A stretch of DNA of 64,000 bases from Eledone cirrhosa (taxonomy: Eukaryota). This document shows, in pieces, positions 12,985 to 24,229 of this stretch (position 1 is its first letter; every line of letters begins with the position of its first letter). A model generated the notes under the pieces. The model saw only the letters and a program-made list of their open reading frames with translations. It did not search any database and had not been told where the DNA came from. The DNA is taken from positions 259,408,001-259,472,000 of the forward strand of contig OZ024743.1 in NCBI GenBank assembly GCA_964016885.1. The letters are read 5' to 3'. The position numbers were made by a program, and so were the translations under genes.

Positions 12985-13018
<34 letters not shown>

Positions 13019-13037
13019 CTGTGTGTGTGTGTGTATA

Positions 13038-13178
13038 CGCGGGTCGGCTGAACAGATGCTCACGTGGGAAGTTTATATTTCAACATAGATATTAATGAGA
13101 AAAGTTGAAATTGATGCATTTAACAGCTCTAACATCAATCCTTCATAGTTGTCCTATGAACTTTTCATCCGACCCTCG
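13038..13178. mobile_element. Tc1/mariner-type MITE remnant
   Basis: TA|cgcgggtcggctgaa ... ttcatccgaccctcg terminal inverted repeats. Same TIR family as 21478-21679. Confidence 0.6.
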
Positions 13179-13266
13179 TGTATATATATATATATATATA
13201 TATATAAGTTGTAATAAAATGAAAACGAAATTTCATTTCTCACTCTTAGTACGGCACTTACTTAAA

Positions 13267-13836
13267 TGTAAGTATGTATGTATACGTACATACATATATG
13301 TATACAGACGTACAGTAGCATGCATATATATATATATACATATATACATATACATACAGGTACACATACATATATGTACGTATCAGTTTAGCGGACGCTT
13401 ATTATAGCACCCGCTTTGTTCGTTTGTAAACAAACTGAACAGCCTGAATTTATGCCGCACGGTGTTAAGGCAACCACGTCACCTTTTTGTTCAACACTGA
13501 CACAGGAACGATGTACTAGTTTCAAGCTTGTTAGCTATCATCAGCACCGTATACCCATCTGCCAGATAGTTGAACGTTCGAAAGTATATACTTTCCTTAT
13601 GAAAATTAACGGCTGAGCAGCCTAATTTGCATATCGGGCGGCATAAATTCAGGCTGTTCAGTTTGTTTACAAACGAACAAAGCGGGCGCTATAATAAGCG
13701 TCCGCTAAACTGATACGTACATATATGTATGTGTACCTGTATGTGTACCTGTATGTATATGTATATATGTATATATATATATGCATGCTACTGTACGTCT
13801 GTATACATATATGTATGTACGTATACATACATACTT

Positions 13837-13839
<3 letters not shown>
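13267..13839 (-). mobile_element. Non-coding PLE-type insertion: ~190-bp inverted arms around an HHR-bearing core
   Basis: 13267-13458 is the reverse complement of 13638-13839. (TA)n lies near both sides. HHR in the spacer. Confidence 0.75.
13508..13550 (-). ncRNA. Minimal type I hammerhead ribozyme, intact, GUA site
   Basis: Minus strand: acggtg-CTGATGA-t-agct-aaca-agct-t-GAAA-ctag-TA-catcgt. Palindromic stem III ACTAGT is typical of dimerising PLE HHRs. Confidence 0.85.
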
Positions 13840-13930
<91 letters not shown>

Positions 13931-15188
13931 CGATTTTCCAGAACATTTAAAAATACTTATAATTTATAGAAAATACTGCACATGGCTTTTATAAGTTGCC
14001 TAGTTACGTTGTTTTTAAAGGTGCTTTTGAAGGTTTTTAAAGGTTTTTCTAAAAGATTTTATAAGTTTTTAAATTTATACATACAAATACTTAATATTAT
14101 CAAATTTATACATAGATATACTTATTGTTATCAAAATCTATACATAGAAAGTTTTATCTTGAACATATTTACTATATGGTGCTCTGAAATTATATATAAA
14201 TTTTTACTTATATTGTAATTATAATATAAATTGTAATTAATTATTAGGTTTAACATTAGATTTAACTATATATCTTCATATAACTTAAACTCTTTAAATT
14301 AATAAAAATTAGAGTTATCTTTTCCTCTGATAAAAGTTTGTTTACATTTCACCTATACGAGACATTCAAACTTTACATAAATGTTTACATTCTAAAATTA
14401 ATATTTCTAACCTTATACAATAATAGACTATACATAATATTATACATCTTCTCTATAAAAATATAATTATTTATATAGAAAATGCACATATATTTAGCTC
14501 GGCATATCTTAATTGTTTTCATAAGTAAACAAAATCTATATTCACGCATAACTATTTATGTACTAAATAAATGTTTTAATAACATAATACAATTAATCTC
14601 TTATACTACAATACACTATACTTATAACTGCACTCATCATAATATTGAAACACACCCGTAAAATACATCCAATAGTATATATAAATATAAGGTATCTTTC
14701 ACATATTAAATTAATAGTTTTCACTTTAATACATTAATTTATAGTTCTCACCTTAATATTATAAATACTACCAAATTATAAAATTAAATAAATAAAAATA
14801 AATATAATTATTTCATTCGCTCTATACCCATGAAAATATGTTCGGATGTATATATGCATATTTCTATAAATATTCCGAAAAGTAGCTTTAAATATCTTTT
14901 TCTTCAATTTTAATAGCAAACCTCTTTAAAAAAACAAAAACGATTTAGATAATTATTTAAATATTACGTTATCCTCATTAGCATATTTATCCTGAGTTTT
15001 GAATATTTATTCACTATCTGCATTGAACTCATAACATTAAGTTCATATGTCGATATGTCACTATCTTTAAACGAAATATTATATTTTATCTGACGATATC
15101 ATACCAAAACACTGGTACCATTGAAATATGTATACGCAATAAAATAAATATGGTTTTATAAAGATATTTTCCATTTATTAATATTATT

Positions 15189-15236
<48 letters not shown>

Positions 15237-15615
15237 TTCAAAATATTATTATAAATATTTCGGAAATATATATATAAAAAAATATATATATATATATTAT
15301 ATATAGTTCCGAAATATATACAATAAAATATATTTTGATTACGTGAATGTCTATATTTATTAATATTTTGAATTAATATTAATAACTCCAGAAAACTTTT
15401 TTGTTGAGTGCTTCTAATCTATTGTAAAACTATATTCATTGATTAATCAATGAACCTTGTTTATATATAGTCAGGATCTTGAGGTAGTAAAATCGAAAGA
15501 TCAGGTCGCTCTATATCACCATACGATGTCGAGTGCTCTATTCTACTTGCATATTTTTTTGTGTTGCAAACGCAAATATCACCGCCAATTGATTGAACAA
15601 TTTAATAACAGAACA

Positions 15616-15649
<34 letters not shown>

Positions 15650-15676
15650 GTATATATATGTCCGTGTGTGTGTGTA

Positions 15677-15730
<54 letters not shown>

Positions 15731-15762
15731 CATATATACATACATACATATATATATAAATA

Positions 15763-15826
<64 letters not shown>

Positions 15827-15932
15827 CAGATACATATATATATATATATATAGTTTTGCGAGGTTTTTGATATGAAATCGTGGGGAGGGTCATATTTGTG
15901 TAATATTGCCAGAATTAATAACAGAACACACT

Positions 15933-16460
15933 TTCCTGGAGGGAAATTAGCTAACCAGTGTAGAAAGGCCCTGAGAAAGACCCACTTAAAGATTAAGGTG
16001 GTAGAAAAGCCAGGAACCACCATAAAATCCCTGATCAGCAAAACCTACGCTTTTAAGAAAACCTACTGTACTAATAGGAAATGTATCATATGTAAGGCAA
16101 ACCCCCGGATAAACTGTAAAACTAGAAACGTAGTCTATAGCATGAGATGTACAGAGGGTACTTGCAGAAACATGACAACAACATACATAGGCGAGACAGC
16201 TCGTAGCATAGGTGAAAGGATAGACCAACACTGGGAGGAACTAAAAGGATGAAAAAACGGTTCAGTATTATACGAACATGCCAGACAACAACATGACGGT
16301 AACATAGACAACATAGAAATTAGAATAATATATAAACATAGAAATGACCCAGCAGATAGGCAAATCAGAGAGGCCAGTCAAATAGAACTTAGAAGGCCAA
16401 GGCTAAACAGAAAGAATGAATGGAATAACAACAACACCCGAAGAAACAACATTGACCTAA
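15933..16460 (+). pseudogene. GIY-YIG endonuclease remnant with Zn-knuckle linker
   Basis: KVVEKPG...C....CIIC......C.TRNVVY..C...YIGETARS..ER...H, TGA at 16250, then LYEH...H...RQIREA..I....LNRKNEW in the same frame. Confidence 0.85.
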
Positions 16461-16731
16461 GAGAAGTATAAATAAATAAATAGATAAATAAATAAATAAA
16501 TACATACACAAGCACAATAATAACAAACACATATAAACACACACTAGTAAAGATAGAATACATTAACCAATACACAGTCACCGAATCACGAACACACATC
16601 AAACAAAACACTATACACACACGCAAACGCATGCGCAAAGAAGACAAAATAAAATAAACAAATAAATAAATATATAAACAGACTAAATAAAGATGGCGTA
16701 GAAAATACAATGCAACGGGAGGAAACAATAG

Positions 16732-16778
16732 CACCACTGACGATGTTGCAGATGTGCAACGAAAAAACTTTGATAAAC
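16732..16778 (+). ncRNA. Degenerate hammerhead motif
   Basis: CTGACGA-t-gttgca-gatg-tgcaac-GAAA. Stems I and III eroded. Confidence 0.55.
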
Positions 16779-16991
16779 TATATATATGTGTTTGTGTCTA
16801 TATTGTATCTGTATTATTTTTTACCGTTGGTCAGTCAATGACAACATTGAGGACCGAATAAATTAGATTACCGATATAAAAGACACAGAAGCGAAAAGCG
16901 AAAACCAACCAAACAGTGAGTGTGTTCTGTTATTAATTCTGGCAATATTACACAAATATGACTCTCCCCAAGTATAACAATATATATATAT

Positions 16992-17138
<147 letters not shown>

Positions 17139-17726
17139 TAAATATATACATATATATATGTATATATATATATATATATGGGTGTTTCTATGCACGTATG
17201 CACGTATGTACATATGCATATGGTGTATGTGTTTGTTTGTGCTATATATGGGTATGTCTATATATTTAGTGTCCGTGTATGTGCGTGTGTCTGCTCAATT
17301 AGCTACAATAGAAATATGTATTCATTGTGTTTTTGCATCAAGTATTCCTTTGCAGTCAACATTCTAATAAGAATCAATAAATGTGTAACAACAAACAACA
17401 TATAAGCTTTTGCTAACATACAAACAATACAATAACAGTAGAGTAATAATACAACACTACTATAATACCATATAAGAAACATATAATGCACACATCCTAA
17501 TCATAAATAATAGCAGTAATAATACACAATAACACATAATAGCTTAATAAATGCACCTTTGATATCAAAAACCTATCTATGTATATGGATGTAAAACTAT
17601 CAAGTGGAATAATGAAAAAGATTGCCGATGATGACGATAATGATAAACAATGAGTGAACACTATAGTTCTTTCTATAGCGGTATATATTACAGAAATACG
17701 CTCAGGAAATAGAGTGTATATATATG

Positions 17727-17776
<50 letters not shown>

Positions 17777-17811
17777 CATACATACATACATACATACACA
17801 CACACACACGC

Positions 17812-17844
<33 letters not shown>

Positions 17845-17846
17845 TA

Positions 17847-17874
17847 CTAGCAGTTTAGCCCGGCGCTGCTCGGG
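17847..17874 (-). mobile_element. Helitron-like 3' terminus (element body extends rightwards, boundary unknown)
   Basis: Minus strand: GC hairpin cccgagcagcgccggg, 8-nt spacer, CTAG|T, adjacent to (TA)n. Confidence 0.55.
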
Positions 17875-18505
17875 TTTCTTCATTTGGTATGAAAAGTTAC
17901 ATACAGGTAAACGTCGCTTGAAAGCGAATAAGATTATCAATTAAGTGCATAAAGCGGTTATTAAACCGGTTATTAAAAGTTACGAACCAATTAGCATTTT
18001 GGACAATCAATAATGGGTTAATAATCTTCCAATAGCGAATTTAGCCGACCAAAGTTGCAAGATGGAGGCCCTGATGCTGCTGGGTGTCACATCTGTCCGC
18101 CACACAACTATAAACGTGTGTCACTGTTGTACGTATATCAACAACCATATTTATTATCTGTTATAAACTTTCATGCATAATTATTTTCATGTAACTACCT
18201 GATGACTTCGTGCTAGCTGCTGTTGTTGTTGCAGTTGCCCATCTGCAATGGCGTTACGAAAATATACATAACACGTAATATATATTATTATCTAACCACA
18301 AAAACCTGTCTCAACGTTTACTCGTATGGGACTAAAATTGAAACCAACAGGCACAGTACCAAGTCAATCATCATATCTTACATAATTTCATTTAACCGCC
18401 TGTGTTTTGTACTAAAATGTGTCCGAAATAGATGAAATAAGGGTTTCAAATTTAGACACTAGTCCGGCAGTTTGTGAAACGAGAAGGCGATTATATCGAT
18501 GGCAG

Positions 18506-18711
18506 TGCTTCTCTGGATGAAATCGGTTGTGTATCACTACAGTGCTCTTACGACTACCCAGGAGTACAGGTCTTAAATGAGAGAAATATATTTCTGCTAA
18601 GGTAATTTCGTCTGCAATATGTACCTAGGAGTGTGATATAAATGTGCCTCATGGCGGTAGCGTATGAGTAGTAAGAGATTTAGCTTCTATTTTTATCAGG
18701 TAGATCGGTCA
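18506..18711 (+). repeat. ~205-bp dispersed repeat, left arm of an inverted pair
   Basis: Reverse complement of 20556-20762 with scattered mismatches. Confidence 0.8.
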
Positions 18712-19641
18712 TTTTATTTTCTCCATCCCGGAAGGCTAAAAGGCAAAGTTGACTTCGGCTGGATTTGAACTAAGATTAACTAAACACTGTAAAATATTTT
18801 GTCCCATTTTATCAAACATACGAGCTATATGAATTAACGTAAATAGCTTTTAGAAGGAATAACATTTCCTTTGTCTGATCTGATGATCGACAAAACAATA
18901 TATTATTTCATCTAACCTATTGATGTTGATGTTCGTGTCTGTTTTCATTAATTTTGCCATGTTTGTGATTTTTATTGTTATTTTATCGTTAGGAATTATG
19001 TAGGAAATGTACTTTCGTTGGGTTACACTGTGATCTATTGGTATTAATTCTTTAATAATTTCGAGGCTAAGACAATATTCATGTTCTTGGCTTCTATCTT
19101 TAGAAATTCCTATTTTGAAATCACATAATTTCTTTTATTGCTATTTTAGTTCTGATTTAGTTTTCGTTCATCAGTACATTGTAGATATTATAGGGTTTTA
19201 TCTCAATGAGTCGTCTGTTTTAGTTTCTTATTCTACACGTGCTAATTTCATCTTCGGGCATTGCGTTCTGAATGTTTTTTATTAATTGTTTGATGCTGTG
19301 CTTTATTTGTGATTTCATTATATTATCTTTTTCAATTTTTAAATATTATTTAGCTATTATTTTCGAAACCAGCATTAGATTTAGATCCGGGTTATTTTCT
19401 TTCCAAATTTTTGACAAGAACATAGTCGTGATTTATTTTTCGGAACAGTATTATGCAGATAGGATAGAAAGCATCTTATGTGTATTTATGCTCTTTTCTA
19501 TTTTATTCGTTGCTGTTCAGCATTAAAATTCGGCCTTTTAATTAAATTATCATATTTCTCGTTTGGTATGTGTATATTTAATTCTCGTGACAAATCGAAT
19601 AATCAAAGATATATGAAACAGACATAAAGATATACATACAT

Positions 19642-19690
<49 letters not shown>

Positions 19691-19741
19691 GAGAGAGAGA
19701 GAGAGAGATTGTATGTGTTTGTCAGTGTATATCGATATGTT

Positions 19742-19810
<69 letters not shown>

Positions 19811-19826
19811 AATATATATATATATA

Positions 19827-19857
<31 letters not shown>

Positions 19858-20555
19858 GCGTGTGTGTGAGAGCGCATTTGCTTGATTATTCACAGACATG
19901 CATTTAGATATTTCGATATATACTCACACACACGCACACACACACATATACATAATGAAATTAACCCAAGTTCCATCTTTAAAATGAATGTGATATTTAA
20001 AATAAGTGTCTTCAGTTGTATTGAAAAGCTACAATTACCAGCTGAACCCATCAAAACTAGTCATAGATCAGCTGCCATCTTTTCTAATAGAATCTTCTTT
20101 CCTTTGTGATTAGTAAAACTCAATGTTGTGATTTTCACTTTGAAACTCTATTATGAAAGATAGCTTGGCGCAAATACAAAGAAATTATGGTCATTATATG
20201 CAGGTGTATTGTGATCGGACAGATCTATATTCAAAGGTATTCCATCGATAAACACTCTACATTTTATTATACTTTCTATTTTTCAGACATAGGGTATTTG
20301 AAACTATACTATCCAACGGCGGAGTGTAATTAGAGCGAGATTTGATAGGTTGATACTTCTAGCTGGTTGAACAAATACATCGAAAGATTGACTCGTTGTC
20401 TCCTGACTACTGACATACATTGTTATTTCATATGGTGAGATGCTTTCAGTCAAATGATACGGTTATGTTTTTTTTTGTATTTTTCGTTTTAGTCATCGCA
20501 TTTGATAATGTTTTATCACAGGTTAATGCAACAGCGGCAAACAAAAAAATCTATG

Positions 20556-20762
20556 TGACCGATCTGCCTGAAAAAAATAGAAGCTAAATCTCTTGCTACT
20601 CATACCCTACCGCCATGAGACACATTTATATCACACTCCTAGGTACATATTACATACGAAAATACCTTAGCAAAAATATATTTCTCTCTTTTTAAACCTG
20701 CACTCCCGGGTAAGTCGCAAGAGCAATGTAGTGATACACAGCCGATTTCATCCAGAGAAGCA
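20556..20762 (-). repeat. ~205-bp dispersed repeat, right arm of an inverted pair
   Basis: Reverse complement of 18506-18711. Confidence 0.8.
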
Positions 20763-21477
20763 TGAGGGAGTGATTGAGAGAAAGTGAGAAATAGAATATG
20801 TACTGTACTGGTATTTTTGTTCTCGGCATCGAAAGGATGAAAGATAAAGTTGAACACAGTGGGACTTGAACTCAGAGCGATGAGAGCCGGAACAGGTACA
20901 GCAAAGTATTCTATCCGACTTTGCCAATTCGCCGCCTTAGCAGAAATATATTTAATCATAAATATACGTTACCAGGACTGACTCGAGGCAAACCAATTAC
21001 TATAACAACAGTAAAATATGGCACGGTTCTAACTGTGAACAATGGAGAAAGGAATGTTACGAAATAGATAACATAAAGCATATAATACATGGATTTATAA
21101 CATAGGTAGGAGGCGATATATTTTGGATTTGTAGTATTTTGATTTACATTGATCCTAGCATTTTACTGGTACCTATTGACCTTAGCATTTTACTGCTATA
21201 TATTTTAATGGCCTCAAAATAACAAAAGGCAAAGACGACTACGATGCGATTTAAACATAGATCACAGAGGGGAGTAAATAAGTACCACAATATATTTTTT
21301 CCGACACTGTACCTATTCTGTAATAGAATATCAAAGTTGCACTAAATTGGCATACTCGAATGAAGTCACTCTAGTTTCTGAACAGTGTTTCCATCGGTGC
21401 TGAAATCAACTACGGTACTCTTTTTCTTTAAAGAGTAACCTGAACCTAAACATAAGTATTATGTATTGAAATTTGTA

Positions 21478-21679
21478 GGTCGGCTGAAAAGTTCATAGGC
21501 TGACTATGAAGGAGTGATCCTATAGGTATGAAATCTTGCATACATTAATTTCAACTCTTATTAATTGTTTCTTTCCACGAACTATGTTGATGAATCAACC
21601 TCATTTGGTCATTCCATGGGAGTATCTTGGTCAGCCTATGAACTCTTCAGCCTATGAACCTTTCAGCTGATCATTGTAT
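21478..21679. mobile_element. Tc1/mariner-type MITE
   Basis: ggtcggctgaaaagttcataggctgac ... gtcagcctatgaac(x2)..ttcagctga inverted termini. Confidence 0.6.
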
Positions 21680-23499
21680 TTAAGTATTGATGAATTTTGT
21701 CAACCATTTAGTTCCATCGACACCAAGTGACACAAACAGTGGCATGACATCCTAACAGTTGATACTGAAAGGTCTTTATAACTTCTGAATTCTAATAGAA
21801 ACAGTGTTCAAAATAAAGACTAAAAACAATTGTAAAATCCTAAGCCCTTTTGCTACTCTTGATCTAATTTCTCTTTCCACCCATACCCTTCAGTCATACT
21901 GTTTTATTGGAATGTTCTCTATACGAAGAAAGTTCAATCAACTATAATATGAATCCAGGATCAGTTATATATCTTCTTATAAGACTTCAAAATTAAGTTT
22001 CCCACTGTCATATGTAACTACAGCCATCGCCATACACATTATATCAGTATTCATTCTACCTTAAAACGTCCACATACCGATGTCAACCGAATATAATTGT
22101 GACATTTTAGATGTGAAATGTTTCCCTATACATCTTAAATATGATTTAGCCGTGATATGGCAGTGAAGCCTTCCTCGGGAACAACAACAGTATATACACA
22201 CACAAACGAATGCACAACTCAGATGAATGATTCTGAAACAGAAACTGGATCTAAAGGAAACCGAAATTATATCGCGATAAGTTATTAATGTACGAATTTT
22301 TGTTTATATAGAAATATATATGTAGACGTTATAAGAAACAGAAACGAGCTAATCGTCAGATCAGACCAAGAAAACAATGTTTTCATTAGGCTCCTTATTA
22401 CTGATAATATCGTTCGGTCCCAGCTCCTGTCAGAGGTGGGTGGAATTTGAACTCAGAACGTACTAGACGGGATTAGACGCCACAAAGCATCCCATTAGAC
22501 AATTAAATAATTCCTCCGATCCACCACACCTGGACTGGTACTATATTTCATTGACGGTGAAAAGATAAAATACAAAGTTGACCTTGACAGGATTTGACCT
22601 CAGAACAGAGAGAGGTGGAGAAACACCAAAGCATTTAATCCAACACCATAATGACTCTGCCAATTAGTTGCCTAAGATATAGTTATTTCATAAATCAATA
22701 ATCTAGGTGTAGTCATTGCAAGATTAAAAGGATGGGTGTATATTAAATGGATTGCTAAGTACTAGGTTTCTATAGGAAGGCCAAACTTCGTGAAATCAGC
22801 ATTTTGTAGAGGCTAACAGGGGCATACATTTTAATTTTTACACGCCATTATTTGAGTATTTTTAAATGTAACAAAAATGGATTTTGGTTGCTTTTTTTAT
22901 TTTCACAAAATGTAGAAAAAATAATGGAAAATAGATGCTCTACACATCTAACAAAGGAAACATATTTTCCATTGGTCTACCTATTGCTGATAATATTTAT
23001 AGGCCGCATAAGAAAAAGCAACATCATTAAAAAAATGTTTTCTTATGAACACATCAAGCCATCCGAGCCAGGAAATGAAACGATGAACTTATGATTCGGA
23101 GTCCAATACCCTAATCAAATGCTTTACAGAATGTAGAAAGCAGTAAAACTTGCTTATATGCACTGAATAGCTAACAGAAACACTACAGAGAGATAAGATA
23201 AAATCATAGGAAAGCAAACGTATATAAGATACACTGAATTGAATTGATGTCTATTGCAAATGATTGATTTAAAAGTGTAGTTTTCTAATATTCCGTACGA
23301 ACTCTCCTTCTATGAGGTCTGAATAGCATATTCAATGAAAATCTGCCATGTACCTCATGGTAAAAGGTATAATATGCTCCGATGTTTTTTCTATATTTCA
23401 AAAAATATTCTACTGATCACTAGTAGTATATTTCAATTTTTTTACATAGATTTTTATATATCAATATATTAATATAAAAAAAATATTATATATATATAT

Positions 23500-23569
23500 A
23501 TGCATATATATACACATATATATATATTTTTGGTTTAGTATTGTTTTATATATATATATATGTTTATGT

Positions 23570-23600
<31 letters not shown>

Positions 23601-23677
23601 TATGTATATATATATACATATATATATATACACCTATATATATGTATATATATATATATATGTATATATACACATAC

Positions 23678-23727
<50 letters not shown>

Positions 23728-23751
23728 TGTATATACATACATACACACACT

Positions 23752-23791
<40 letters not shown>

Positions 23792-23801
23792 CATATACAT
23801 A

Positions 23802-23855
<54 letters not shown>

Positions 23856-23872
23856 CATATATATATATATAC

Positions 23873-23915
<43 letters not shown>

Positions 23916-23921
23916 TATATG

Positions 23922-24005
<84 letters not shown>

Positions 24006-24029
24006 AGTGTGTGTATGTATGTATATACA

Positions 24030-24088
<59 letters not shown>

Positions 24089-24100
24089 CATTTATGTATG

Positions 24101-24156
<56 letters not shown>

Positions 24157-24170
24157 CATTTATGTATGTG

Positions 24171-24215
<45 letters not shown>

Positions 24216-24229
24216 GTATATATATATAT
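23500..24229. repeat. Large compound (TA)n microsatellite with an internal inverted duplication
   Basis: tatactgtatatacatacatacacacactcacacac (~23723-23770) is mirrored at ~23993-24035. Confidence 0.85.

Larger units (their letters stand above)
2737..12987 (+). mobile_element. Composite Penelope-like retroelement (PLE, Naiad-like) insertion: inverted pLTR + 5'-truncated unit + full unit, inserted in (TA)n
   Basis: 2737-4738 is the reverse complement of 6756-8748. 4736-8682 is repeated at 9046-12987 (period 4310 in the ORF, ~4305 at the end). Encodes RT+GIY-YIG. Both ends abut (TA)n tracts. Partial tandem plus inverted pLTR is the established PLE architecture. Confidence 0.95.
10999..12987 (+). 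repeat. Terminal pseudo-LTR copy of the PLE
   Basis: Near-identical to 6689-8682. Ends at ...attacataataataata, running into (TA)n. Confidence 0.9.
15852..16980 (+). mobile_element. 5'-truncated PLE of a second clade (Neptune/Nematis-like) with inverted tail
   Basis: GIY-YIG coding remnant; 52-bp inverted arms 15881-15932 / 16919-16970; degenerate HHR at 16732-16778; flanked by (TA)n. Confidence 0.8.

Noticed and set aside
4736-12987. Host segmental duplication, LTR retrotransposon or telomerase gene
   Set aside because: No gag/integrase/RNase H or TERT domains. The GIY-YIG, HHRs and inversion fit a PLE. A pure assembly duplication is less likely given distinct breakpoints, but not excluded without reads.
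16250-16252. In-frame TGA in the second GIY-YIG remnant as selenocysteine
   Set aside because: Not at a Cys position; more simply a nonsense mutation in a truncated dead copy.
19160-19180. Minus-strand CTGATGA-AC-GAAA
   Set aside because: No room for stem II; chance match.
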